This document shows positions 33,763 to 43,333 of a stretch of 64,000 nucleotides of DNA, in pieces (position 1 is the stretch's first letter; the number at the start of each line of letters is the position of its first letter). Where the stretch lies: the IMG/VR virus record IMGVR_UViG_3300036770_002544, positions 10,654 through 74,653 of that record. One strand, written 5' to 3'. The translations under genes were made by a program, and so were the position numbers. Below the pieces are notes generated by a model. It did not search any database and was not told the origin of the DNA. It saw only the letters and a list, made by a program, of their open reading frames with translations. Source of the DNA: a virus (taxonomy: Duplodnaviria; Heunggongvirae; Uroviricota; Caudoviricetes).

Positions 33763-33966
33763 ATGAGTGGCGAAAACCAAGAGACTGAGACTCGGACACG
33801 CTTTGATCTTGAGCAAGAGATTCTGGAGTGCTGGAAAGTTACTACAGACATCAAAATGTTTGCCGAGCAAGGCGGAGATTTAAAAGTACTGTCTGCATAC
33901 TACGAACAAAAATTCGAACGTTTGTGGAACACGTTTGAATCACTTGTGCACGAATCCAAACTGTAA
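33763..33966 (+). CDS. hypothetical protein
   Basis: SD aaggtagcaaaaaATG. Confidence 0.4.
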   Translation: MSGENQETETRTRFDLEQEILECWKVTTDIKMFAEQGGDLKVLSAYYEQKFERLWNTFESLVHESKL

Positions 33967-34205
33967 TGGGCAATCAAACTGATTATTTCAATCGTATTGG
34001 CTACAAGCCTACGTACCATATTGGCGATCGTGTAATCGGTAAATGGAACAAGATCCCGTTTGTAGGCACTGTTGGCAACGATCGGTTAATCAATCATAAT
34101 GACGGACCTGAAATAACTGTACACTTAGATCTTCCAATCAAGTATCGAGATCGGGTATATACGTTCTTAATAGTCAAGCATAAAGACGTTAAACCCTACA
34201 AATAA
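33966..34205 (+). CDS. hypothetical protein
   Basis: ATG overlaps the previous stop (TAATG). Confidence 0.4.
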   Translation: MGNQTDYFNRIGYKPTYHIGDRVIGKWNKIPFVGTVGNDRLINHNDGPEITVHLDLPIKYRDRVYTFLIVKHKDVKPYK

Positions 34206-34223
34206 ATTTGTTGGCCATGTGCA

Positions 34224-34436
34224 TTGTTAGTAAATATCTGCATGGAAAACAAACAATTAACCATTGCTGATCTAGCATCGATTCAATCGTTACTAGACAC
34301 TGCTTGTGCTCGTGGCACATTCAAAGGGCACGAGATGCGAGCAGTTGGTGAGATTTACGATAAGCTGACTGCGTTTTTAACCGCAGCAAAAGCAACTGCT
34401 CAAGCTTCAGAGCAACAACCCCCACAAGGAGATTAA
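34224..34436 (+). CDS. hypothetical protein
   Basis: ORF. Confidence 0.4.
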   Translation: MLVNICMENKQLTIADLASIQSLLDTACARGTFKGHEMRAVGEIYDKLTAFLTAAKATAQASEQQPPQGD

Positions 34437-34437
34437 C

Positions 34438-35175
34438 ATGTTAAAACACATCGGAAGACACGGCGATCGCAAGGTAGCCATTTTGTTTAGAGAAGTACCT
34501 GGCGAAGATCACATGTGCCTTGTGATTTATCCCGAAGTGCTGCCCAGCCACATTCATGATTCAATTATGAAAACACTGGAAAGCCCAGTTGGTCAACAGG
34601 CCACAAACTTAGCCGATGCACTACATCGCAACCTGCTGCCAGATGGTCGTGTGCAACTAGAAGCTTTGCATCGCGAAGGCATGATCAAGAAGATTCCTAC
34701 CAATCAAGTTATTGTAACTCCTAATGCCACTAGCAGTGTCAAACTGGACGAACTCAACAAGATTGTGCGTGAGATGGAAACAGGCGAAAACGCTGTGAAA
34801 CGTTTGCAAGAAATTGACGCTGCCACTGGCATCGTTGATCCGCTGACCAAACGCAAAGCCGAAGCTGAGTTTAAACGTAGCCAACAGAACCCCCAACCAG
34901 CAGTTGAGCCTATGCAAGCCACTATGGATGGTGCGTTAGATGACAAGACCTTGGCCAACAACATGCTAGCACAAGCCAAGCGCATGGAGGTCGAGGCCAA
35001 GAGCATGATCGCCGAAGCGGCCAGAATGAAGAAAGAAGCTCAACGTATGCATCCAAGTGTGATTGCTGCTGAGCCAGTGGCTGCAGCACCCGTTGCTGAA
35101 ACAGCACCATCAAAACGTCGCGGACGTCCTTCTAACGCAAACAAGGCGATGGCAGGTGATGCAGTTCAGCGATGA
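34438..35175 (+). CDS. hypothetical protein with C-terminal coiled coil and Ala/Pro tail
   Basis: ORF. Confidence 0.45.
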   Translation: MLKHIGRHGDRKVAILFREVPGEDHMCLVIYPEVLPSHIHDSIMKTLESPVGQQATNLADALHRNLLPDGRVQLEALHREGMIKKIPTNQVIVTPNATSSVKLDELNKIVREMETGENAVKRLQEIDAATGIVDPLTKRKAEAEFKRSQQNPQPAVEPMQATMDGALDDKTLANNMLAQAKRMEVEAKSMIAEAARMKKEAQRMHPSVIAAEPVAAAPVAETAPSKRRGRPSNANKAMAGDAVQR

Positions 35176-35461
35176 GTTCTTGGACAAGTGGGAACACATC
35201 ATTGAAGAAGTGACCAAGACCGAAGTTCCACTTGAATGCATTAAAAAAGTAGTGATTAGACTACATGGCAAGAAACAACGCACTGTTAATCTTGCTACAC
35301 TACGAAAACAAGGATTGGACATCGATGAAATCGAAGTAGTCCTTTCCCGAACACTAACCGAGATCGGCGATCAGGTTCGTGATATCGACTTTGTAGTTGA
35401 CGCTGCATTAGTAGCTGAGATTGCACAGCCCGCAACCGACAAACTGCTCAACGGCCTATAA
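35159..35461 (+). CDS. hypothetical protein
   Basis: ORF overlapping the previous stop. Confidence 0.4.
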   Translation: MQFSDEFLDKWEHIIEEVTKTEVPLECIKKVVIRLHGKKQRTVNLATLRKQGLDIDEIEVVLSRTLTEIGDQVRDIDFVVDAALVAEIAQPATDKLLNGL

Positions 35462-35490
35462 GCTGTTGAGCTTTTTACTCCTTAACTATT

Positions 35491-36168
35491 ATGAATGTAT
35501 CCCTGGTATCCTACAGTCAACCCACTGAACAATTTGCCCAACAAGGCATCAATGATGCTCAAGAACTTATTGCGTATTGCGCCCGTGTGTCCAATCCTGC
35601 CAATCAGTTTAACACTGAGACAAGCGAAAAGCTCATCCGATACCTTATCAAGCACCAACACTGGAGCCCACTCGAAATGGTCTCGGCCTGTATTGAAATC
35701 ACTACAACCCGAGACATTGCACGACAGATTCTACGTCACCGAAGTTTCAGCTTTCAAGAGTTCTCCCAGCGATATGCTGATCCTACAGCTGAACTCGACG
35801 AAGCGTTTGTGCTACGTGAGGCACGATTGCAAGACACCAAAAATCGACAAAACAGTATAGAAACTGATGATACCATGCTAGCCATTGAGTGGGAACGTGC
35901 TCAAAAACGAGTGTTGCATGTGGTCAAGCAAGAATACAAGTGGGCTATTGATGCAGGTATTGCCAAAGAACAGGCTCGTGCAGTGCTGCCCGAAGGTCTT
36001 ACCATCAGCAGATTGTATATGAACGGCACTCTGCGTAGCTGGATCCATTTTATTCAACTACGTGCCGGCAACGGAACACAAAAAGAGCATCAACACATTG
36101 CCCTAGCCTGTGCTCAAGCAATCGCAGCAATCTTCCCAATGGCAACCGATCTAGTTGTAAACAGCTAA
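35491..36168 (+). CDS. thyX: flavin-dependent thymidylate synthase
   Basis: ThyX signature RHRSFSFQEFSQRY. Confidence 0.8.
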   Translation: MNVSLVSYSQPTEQFAQQGINDAQELIAYCARVSNPANQFNTETSEKLIRYLIKHQHWSPLEMVSACIEITTTRDIARQILRHRSFSFQEFSQRYADPTAELDEAFVLREARLQDTKNRQNSIETDDTMLAIEWERAQKRVLHVVKQEYKWAIDAGIAKEQARAVLPEGLTISRLYMNGTLRSWIHFIQLRAGNGTQKEHQHIALACAQAIAAIFPMATDLVVNS

Positions 36169-36177
36169 TGCCAATGC
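36151..36177 (+). promoter_or_regulatory. sigma70-type promoter (TTGTAA-N17-TATAAT, TGn)
   Basis: ttgtaaacagctaatgccaatgctataat. Confidence 0.4.
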
Positions 36178-36188
36178 TATAATAGCAC

Positions 36189-36506
36189 ATGGCTATTACC
36201 ACAGCATTTGACAAAACACAGTTTCGACCTAGAGAAACTAAAGTAATCGATGGACAAGCAATTACATATAGTGATGTGCTTGTCCATTCTTTTGTGCTGT
36301 CCGATGTCGATGACCCTGAAATATATGCCGCCGGGCCAATCTGGGATTGGCAACATAGCGAGCAAGGACAATGGGTATTAGAGCATGCAGTCAATGAGCC
36401 TTGGTATACAATAGATGTAGACTTTGCATCATACGGATACCGATGCAGAATTGTTGCTAGGCTAGCAGAACAAGATCAAACATTTTTTAAATTAAAGTGG
36501 AAATAA
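36189..36506 (+). CDS. hypothetical protein
   Basis: ORF. Confidence 0.4.
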   Translation: MAITTAFDKTQFRPRETKVIDGQAITYSDVLVHSFVLSDVDDPEIYAAGPIWDWQHSEQGQWVLEHAVNEPWYTIDVDFASYGYRCRIVARLAEQDQTFFKLKWK

Positions 36507-36507
36507 A

Positions 36508-37476
36508 ATGAAATTTTTAGTAACAGGCGGACACGGTCTTATTGGGCACAATGTGGTTCAACGACTACAAGCAAGGGAAGAAGATGTAGTTGTTGTTGAC
36601 AATCATACTAACTACGGCATTATTCCGCAAGCAGAAATTGATTACTTAATCGGCGAGCGTCTCAAGAAACTCAAAGATCATACACAATATAGTTACGATA
36701 TTGCCAATACAGATGTAGTTGAAGCAGTGTTTGCTAACGAAAAACCCAATGTAGTAATTCATTGTGCAAGTTTTCCTAGACAAAAAGTAGTCAATGCAAA
36801 TCCCGTACACGGCGCCGATGTAATGATGCGTGGATTAATCAACTTGCTCGAGGGTGCCAAATCTCACGGTGTTGAGCGTTTTGTTTACATTAGTTCTAGC
36901 ATGGTCTACGGCGACTTTGAAGATCAAGTATTAGAAGGTGATGCTTGTAATCCGCAAGGACAATACGGCATCATGAAACTAGCAGGAGAATGGCTTGTCA
37001 AAGATTATGCGCGAAGAACTGGTATGGAATATGTCATTATCCGTCCGTCGGCGGTCTATGGGCCTTTGGATGTGGAAGATCGAGTTGTTGCGAAATTTAT
37101 GCTCACGGCCATGCGTGGCGGAACACTCAAGGTTAACGGCGCAGGAGAAACACTCGATTTCACGTATGTTGACGATGCAGCAGCAGGTATTGTGGCAGCA
37201 GCGACTCGCATCATGGCAAAGAACAACACTTACAATATTACTAAATCTCATTCAGTCACCCTCTATGAAGCCGCCCAGATGGTGGTTGACATTGTGGGCA
37301 AAGGCAGCATCGAAGTGAGAGACAAAGACGCAGACTTTCCGTCACGCGGCGCATTAAATATTGATCGTGCTCGTACCATTCTTGGTTACGATCCTAAAGT
37401 AGATGTAGAAGAGGGGTTCCGTGCCTACTACACTTGGCTTACAAATTCCGTTTACTGGTCTCCGAAAACAGTATAA
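36508..37476 (+). CDS. NAD-dependent sugar epimerase/dehydratase
   Basis: N-terminal VTGGHGLIGHNV Rossmann motif. SDR-extended fold (YxxxK context). Confidence 0.7.
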   Translation: MKFLVTGGHGLIGHNVVQRLQAREEDVVVVDNHTNYGIIPQAEIDYLIGERLKKLKDHTQYSYDIANTDVVEAVFANEKPNVVIHCASFPRQKVVNANPVHGADVMMRGLINLLEGAKSHGVERFVYISSSMVYGDFEDQVLEGDACNPQGQYGIMKLAGEWLVKDYARRTGMEYVIIRPSAVYGPLDVEDRVVAKFMLTAMRGGTLKVNGAGETLDFTYVDDAAAGIVAAATRIMAKNNTYNITKSHSVTLYEAAQMVVDIVGKGSIEVRDKDADFPSRGALNIDRARTILGYDPKVDVEEGFRAYYTWLTNSVYWSPKTV

Positions 37477-38524
37477 CAACCTTCGCGAAGAAGTCCTGGC
37501 TGCAACTGATGAAGTGCTGCGGTCAGGAAATCTTATGAACGGCAATTATACTGCTGAGTTTGAGCATTGGCTAGCAAAAAAGAATCGTACACAGTATGCA
37601 GTAACTTGCCACTCAGGTACACATGCACTAGAAATACTCGCTGAGTATTATATTACTCAAACAACTGTACATCCAAAGATCCTTGTACCTACACTAACTT
37701 ATGTTGCATCGGCTAATGCATTCTTACGTGCAGGATGGGATGTTGAACTTGTAGACACAGATGCCTACGGGCTTATGGATCTAAAAAAGATTCCCGATCA
37801 CTCATATGAAGCGGTGCTGCTAATTGGATTATACGGTCATTCCATTTTGCACTACTACGATGTTAGGCAGTGGACCAGTTGGATTACTGGAAACACCATT
37901 GTATTAGAAGATGCTGCACAACACTGGTTAAGCTCTGATTGTACACGCATAGGTCAAGGTGCTGCTATCAGTTTTGATCCGATGAAGAACTTGTCTAACT
38001 ACGGCAACGGTGGTGCAGTTGTAACAAACAGTTTTGAGTTGGCAGAGTTTGCAAGGGGCTGGCGAGATGCTGGCAAACCCAACTACGATTATGCAGGTAC
38101 TAACAGTCGCATGAGCGAAGTTGACTGTGCCACTATGCTAGTTAAAACCAAGCACTTGGATCGCTGGCAGGCACGTAGGGCTAGTATTGCAGACTATTGG
38201 CGCAGTAGATTTAAAGATTCTAACATACGATGTTTAATTACAGAGAATAATAGTCATAATCACGCACATCACAAGTTTGTTATCGATATCAATAACAGAG
38301 ATGCGGTTAAGCAACGTTTAGCCGACTACAAAATAGAAACCAAGATTCACTACGAGCGCCCACTGCACGAAGTTGAAATGTTCGCCGCACACTGTTACGG
38401 TCCGGACATGTTGTCTGCTGCATCTTCTTTATCAAGACGTGCACTAAGTCTACCATTTTACTCTGAGCTAACAGACTTAGAAGTTGAATACATTAGCGAT
38501 CGGGTACTAAGTTGCGTTGCATAA
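37421..38524 (+). CDS. DegT/DnrJ/EryC1-family PLP-dependent sugar aminotransferase
   Basis: Family-typical N-terminus and SFDPMKN Lys region. GTG start overlapping the upstream gene. Confidence 0.6.
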   Translation: MPTTLGLQIPFTGLRKQYNNLREEVLAATDEVLRSGNLMNGNYTAEFEHWLAKKNRTQYAVTCHSGTHALEILAEYYITQTTVHPKILVPTLTYVASANAFLRAGWDVELVDTDAYGLMDLKKIPDHSYEAVLLIGLYGHSILHYYDVRQWTSWITGNTIVLEDAAQHWLSSDCTRIGQGAAISFDPMKNLSNYGNGGAVVTNSFELAEFARGWRDAGKPNYDYAGTNSRMSEVDCATMLVKTKHLDRWQARRASIADYWRSRFKDSNIRCLITENNSHNHAHHKFVIDINNRDAVKQRLADYKIETKIHYERPLHEVEMFAAHCYGPDMLSAASSLSRRALSLPFYSELTDLEVEYISDRVLSCVA

Positions 38525-41087
38525 ACGCATAACTTGCTAACCACGCCCAATCATAACTCTTGCGCAGTTCTGTAAAGTCACCATTGACTGCTTTGTAATA
38601 TTCAACAGCATCCTCTGCGCCATACACACTCCACTGTTCGTTATCAACTAATCCATTGGTTTCAGGATCAAGCCATTGTCGAAGTCTGTACTGGCTTTCT
38701 ACATCGGGGCTACCGCATAGTTTAACGACTTCACGGAAAGCAGTGCGCCAGGCCATCCAAGGAGTATAACTGTAGTAAGCAGTACCAGACATAATAGGTA
38801 CAACTTCGTGTGCGCTGTCTAGCGTAAAGTCTAATCCCACACCCGGATTGCCTAATGTCAATTGCCGATTGTACGCAATCATTGCCTGATGACCATACTC
38901 GAGACCGTTTACAGGATTACGTGCATGGAAGATATAATGCTTAGGCTGCTGCATACGATCCGGTTGCCACGCCCAATTAAACTCAGGGTTGATTGCTAGT
39001 TTAGCAAACACAGCAAAGAACCAAGGTGTAGTACTGGCTTGTGCTGCTGCATGATAAGCAGCAACACGGCCATTAATACCGTCAACTCTGTGCAGTTTGT
39101 TCGGTTGATGGCCTACTACATTGCTGAGCATTTTCCAATTTGTTTCTGCATTGGGTTCACCGTTGCTAATAAACACAACATCCAGAGGTTGGTCACTTAG
39201 ACGTCTAGTGTATGTTTTGTCTATGTAAGGATAATCATACAACTGTTTTTTGATGCTGCCTTTGGCAATATTAGGAACAATAACTGCATTTGCGCCTTTG
39301 CTCAGAGGCACAATAGTCTTTGTTTCTTGGCGCCATAACGGAACAGTAGGCACGGTAACGGGCACGCCATTGGTAGTGAACAATGCCAAAGGCCCTGACC
39401 AATCTGTGGTCTTAACTATATCAACATGTGAATCGCTAGTGTGCTCAACAACCGGCATTGATCTGCGTGGCACAGATACATCCACAAAGTTCACGTCGTA
39501 CCATTCTAGTAGTGCTTTCTTTTCAGCTCTAGCAGCAAAGGTAGGCACATGCATGTAGAACGTGTCTCCAAACTTTTGTTCGTTAGAACGGAAAACATGC
39601 AGCATGGTGGCTTGCCACTGCTCAGGATGCCAGGAAAAGTCAAAGCCAGAGTAGTCACAGATTGAGCTGCACACCCACACCCATTCATGTTCAGTACCGA
39701 TGCTCTTGGCCAAGCGTATGAGTGTATCTCTATAGTTGTCAAAGTAACGCACACGTCGAACAGTGTTGGGTATTTGTCCTGCTAAACCATCCATGTGATC
39801 TATTTCGTAGATTGCTGCTGCGCCTGCTGTGGTCTCGATGCGAATCTGATCCACATACTTGACTTCTGTTGCACCAGGAACTGTGTATTGCGGCCCACCT
39901 GTACGCTGATGTTGCGTAGCAAACTGATACACATAAGGTGGTTCTGTTGCGTCAGGATGCCAGGTCCAATCAAATGTGCTAGTATCCACCCCGTCTGGCA
40001 CAGTCCAGTTGTTGTCTCGGGAGGTCTTTACTGCACGTGGCAGCGACACATACTTGACTTCTGTTGCCCCGGGCACTGTGTAAACTGGCCCGCCTGTGCG
40101 TTGCCATTGGGTGCCGAACTGATAGATCAGTGGAGGATCTCCTGGATCAGGGCACCAAGTAAAATCAAAAGACTCCAGACCCTCGGGCACAGTCCAGCAA
40201 TCAGCTACATCAATCAATCTAGCACGTGGCCAGCTCACATACTTGCGTTCCGTTGCGCCAGGCGCATGATATTCAACTGTAGGCATGATTTCAGCAGGCC
40301 ACCACTGGTTGCCAAACACATAGATGTAAGGAGGATCTCCTGGGTCAGGTTGCCACGAATAGTCCCAGTCACAATCCACTAGAGTATGCCAGCGATTGCA
40401 GTGTCGTTCGGGCAGTCTAGCGTGTGGATGAGTAACATACTTGACTTCTGTTGCACCGGGTACTGAGTATTGTACAGTAGGAAATACTTCAGCAGGCCAC
40501 CACTGATTGCCAAACACATAAGTGTATGGTGGGTCTTGCGGATGCGGGCGCCATGAATAGTCAAACTCACAATCAGTAAACTGTTTCCACCAAGGCAAAT
40601 CTGGTTTGGCTCGTAGCTGTGCTTTGGGTACTAAGTGATGTTTGATACTAGTGTACCCTGGTTCTGTATACACAGGGCCGCCTTCGTCCCACCATTGCGT
40701 GGCAAATTCATGCAGGTACGGAGGATCTGCTGGATCAGGGTGCCAACTGGTATCCCAGTCAACTATGTCTGGACCAACAGCCCAGTTCAACGGATTAGGC
40801 TTTCGTGTTATAATCGGACTTACATGATAGTTGGTTTCACTGTAGCCTGCTTTGGGAACAAGATACACTCCAGAATCTTTTTGGTGTTGACTGGGCCATG
40901 CATGTCGTTGTGTCGACTCCCAAGGCTTGGGTACATAAAGCCAATCCCAGTGATCTAGATCAGCTAAGTATGTGATCCACCAAAAATACTCTGTACGACT
41001 CAACCGCTGTGCATGTTCCAAACTGTCAGCTGGCTGCTCATGCGCTACAGCATTGGGCTTGGTTCCGAAATAAAATACATCAAACAT
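38493..41087 (-). CDS. large repeat-containing protein (five ~66-aa W-x-PDPxDPPY-x-Y-x-F-x-QW repeats plus C-terminal domain)
   Basis: 864-aa ORF. Tandem repeats visible at protein level at about aa 112-415. Confidence 0.6.
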   Translation of the reverse strand: MFDVFYFGTKPNAVAHEQPADSLEHAQRLSRTEYFWWITYLADLDHWDWLYVPKPWESTQRHAWPSQHQKDSGVYLVPKAGYSETNYHVSPIITRKPNPLNWAVGPDIVDWDTSWHPDPADPPYLHEFATQWWDEGGPVYTEPGYTSIKHHLVPKAQLRAKPDLPWWKQFTDCEFDYSWRPHPQDPPYTYVFGNQWWPAEVFPTVQYSVPGATEVKYVTHPHARLPERHCNRWHTLVDCDWDYSWQPDPGDPPYIYVFGNQWWPAEIMPTVEYHAPGATERKYVSWPRARLIDVADCWTVPEGLESFDFTWCPDPGDPPLIYQFGTQWQRTGGPVYTVPGATEVKYVSLPRAVKTSRDNNWTVPDGVDTSTFDWTWHPDATEPPYVYQFATQHQRTGGPQYTVPGATEVKYVDQIRIETTAGAAAIYEIDHMDGLAGQIPNTVRRVRYFDNYRDTLIRLAKSIGTEHEWVWVCSSICDYSGFDFSWHPEQWQATMLHVFRSNEQKFGDTFYMHVPTFAARAEKKALLEWYDVNFVDVSVPRRSMPVVEHTSDSHVDIVKTTDWSGPLALFTTNGVPVTVPTVPLWRQETKTIVPLSKGANAVIVPNIAKGSIKKQLYDYPYIDKTYTRRLSDQPLDVVFISNGEPNAETNWKMLSNVVGHQPNKLHRVDGINGRVAAYHAAAQASTTPWFFAVFAKLAINPEFNWAWQPDRMQQPKHYIFHARNPVNGLEYGHQAMIAYNRQLTLGNPGVGLDFTLDSAHEVVPIMSGTAYYSYTPWMAWRTAFREVVKLCGSPDVESQYRLRQWLDPETNGLVDNEQWSVYGAEDAVEYYKAVNGDFTELRKSYDWAWLASYAFMQRNLVPDR
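39845..40755 (-). repeat. five in-frame roughly 198-nt tandem repeats inside the 864-aa gene
   Basis: WHPDPADPPY / WRPHPQDPPY / WQPDPGDPPY / WCPDPGDPPL / WHPDATEPPY units, each followed by GATEVKYV. Confidence 0.6.
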
Positions 41088-42177
41088 GCTTAGAATAGAC
41101 GAGATTTACAATAATACATTTTGGCCTTGGTTGCGCCAACATAGACCAGGTGTTAGATTGTTGACCTGTGACCCATTTGGCCGAAGCGACCCCGACAGTG
41201 TGATTGGCTATGGTCATGAAGACGTACACGAATACAATTATATATTCTTTTTTGATCAAGAGCCAATACATTTGAACATACACACCGCAACATTTGATCG
41301 TGTTAGAGCAAACAACGGGGACTTACCTCCCGGAGGCTTTATTTGTACTAGCGAGAAAGATAGTGAAAATGTAGATGTAGTATGCGATAAATTTGGTTGG
41401 AAACCCTTGTACTACTTCTTTCACGGGTGGGCTGCACTAGACTGGTACAGAGGCTATGACAAAACGTTTTTGATCAGGCCGTTTGAACAACGAGCAATCA
41501 CTCGTACATTCTTAGCGCCTAATCGGATTGTAGCCGGAGAACGACAGCATCGATTAGAAATGCTGTATCATATATTCCGAAACAACCTGCAGCACAATCA
41601 CATCAGTTGCCCTGCTGTGTGCCCTGCTGAAAATATTAGCATACTGGATGCTGTTAAACCACTCAAAGACAAGTATCCTGACATTGAATCGGTGTTTGCT
41701 GCTCAATCCTTGCCCATTAACTTTGCAGGAGAAACTGATCATCCTATGCACTCGTGTTGGCTTAGTTTGTTTGATCAAGCAGGTGAAAGTATGTTATATC
41801 TAGTAACAGAAACAGTTGCTACTGGTCGCAGACACCACATCACTGAAAAAACATTCAAGCCTATTGCCCTGGGTATGCCGTTTGTTATTGTGGGCACCCG
41901 TGGCAGTTTGGAGTATCTGCGTAGCTATGGCTTCAGAACCTTTGATGGTATATGGGACGAAAGCTACGACTTAGAAGAAGATAGCGTCCGAATTGAACGC
42001 ATCGCTAGTCTGCTGCGTAGTCTCGACGAGCTGCCAGCAGCAGCTAAACAAGACTTGTTCAATCAGTGCCAAGAAGTAGTTGAACACAATTGGAACCACT
42101 TCTACAACGGTGGCTTCGAAGCGGTGTTGTGGAAAGAACTTAACGAGATGTTAAATGGAATTGAATCTAGTAGCTGA
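41086..42177 (+). CDS. TEKxFKP-family protein (putative glycosyltransferase-like), paralog 1
   Basis: C-terminal TEKTFKPIALGMPFVIVGTRGSLEYLRSYGFRTFDGIWDESYD. Confidence 0.5.
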   Translation: MLRIDEIYNNTFWPWLRQHRPGVRLLTCDPFGRSDPDSVIGYGHEDVHEYNYIFFFDQEPIHLNIHTATFDRVRANNGDLPPGGFICTSEKDSENVDVVCDKFGWKPLYYFFHGWAALDWYRGYDKTFLIRPFEQRAITRTFLAPNRIVAGERQHRLEMLYHIFRNNLQHNHISCPAVCPAENISILDAVKPLKDKYPDIESVFAAQSLPINFAGETDHPMHSCWLSLFDQAGESMLYLVTETVATGRRHHITEKTFKPIALGMPFVIVGTRGSLEYLRSYGFRTFDGIWDESYDLEEDSVRIERIASLLRSLDELPAAAKQDLFNQCQEVVEHNWNHFYNGGFEAVLWKELNEMLNGIESSS

Positions 42178-43333
42178 CAACGTTGTTAAAGGACGTATCT
42201 ACCCTGCATTTGCTACGCATCAAGCAAGGCCTTATACACAAGCCTGGCGTGAATTTGGTCTACATTTTCCGTACACTATTCCTCTACGACTGCAAGAATA
42301 CTGTGACCACCACGGAGTTAACATCTGCATTCATCATATGCACAGTAATCTACCTCCGAACACTTTTTATCCTGTGGGCTTAGGATTCTTTGACTTTGGC
42401 ATTGATTATTTTACATTGTTACCTACAGAAGTATTTGCCAGTGTGTTTAAAGGCAAGATAAAAGTATTGTTCTACTATCACGAAGGAGACAACCCTGATA
42501 GGATCAAGCAACGACTAGACCAACTGGCACAGCATGCTCGACTGCCTGTTAACTGCTATGTGTTCGTGAGCGCTAACTCTGCTGCTAAAGACATTCCCGG
42601 CTTTGTATACTTCAATGACTTTGAGTTATGGTACTGGCAACGTAATCAGGAAGTAGAACCATTATCTGTGCATTCTGATTCCCGGGAGTGCGAGTTTACT
42701 GTGTTAAATCGTTTGCACAAAAGTTGGCGAGCCACTGCGATGGCAGACTTGCATCGTCAAGGCTTACTAAACAACAGTTATTGGAGCTACTGTGAAACAG
42801 GTGAGCTGGACAACAACAATCCTATCGAAATTAACAGCTTTGCACAACTAGAGTATGATACTCTGAATTTCCTTGCAGGAGCACCATACTTTAGCGATGA
42901 ACTAGATCAAGCCGAACGCAACAATCACGCTATTACTCAAGCCAAGTATCATTCAAACAGCTATTGCAGCATAGTAATGGAAACACATTTTGACGCAGAT
43001 CAGTCCGGCGGCACATTCTTAACTGAAAAAACATTTAAGCCCATCAAGCATGGACAGATGTTTTTTATTGCAGGACCTGCAGGCAGCTTGCAAGCATTGC
43101 GTGACCTAGGCTATCGTACATTTGATTCAGTATTAGACAACACCTACGACCGAATTCAAAACAATACTCAACGTTGGGCTAAATTGTGTGATTCTATAAA
43201 GCAGTCCCGGCACAGATTGTCAGATAGATTTGCTGCAGTCAAGGCAGATATCGAGCACAACCAACGGTTATTTTCAGAGCTCAAGACTCAACGTTTAAAT
43301 AACTTAATCAAGGACATACATGAACAAAGTTAA
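42155..43333 (+). CDS. TEKxFKP-family protein, paralog 2
   Basis: TEKTFKPIKHGQMFFIAGPAGSLQALRDLGYRTFDSVLDNTYD. Confidence 0.5.
   Translation: MELNLVADNVVKGRIYPAFATHQARPYTQAWREFGLHFPYTIPLRLQEYCDHHGVNICIHHMHSNLPPNTFYPVGLGFFDFGIDYFTLLPTEVFASVFKGKIKVLFYYHEGDNPDRIKQRLDQLAQHARLPVNCYVFVSANSAAKDIPGFVYFNDFELWYWQRNQEVEPLSVHSDSRECEFTVLNRLHKSWRATAMADLHRQGLLNNSYWSYCETGELDNNNPIEINSFAQLEYDTLNFLAGAPYFSDELDQAERNNHAITQAKYHSNSYCSIVMETHFDADQSGGTFLTEKTFKPIKHGQMFFIAGPAGSLQALRDLGYRTFDSVLDNTYDRIQNNTQRWAKLCDSIKQSRHRLSDRFAAVKADIEHNQRLFSELKTQRLNNLIKDIHEQS

Noticed and set aside
39250-40958. Plus-strand ORFs (39250-39558, 39795-40382, 40635-40958) inside the 864-aa minus-strand repeat gene
   Set aside because: They are Cys/Arg-rich translations antisense to a strongly supported repeat protein. 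Spurious.
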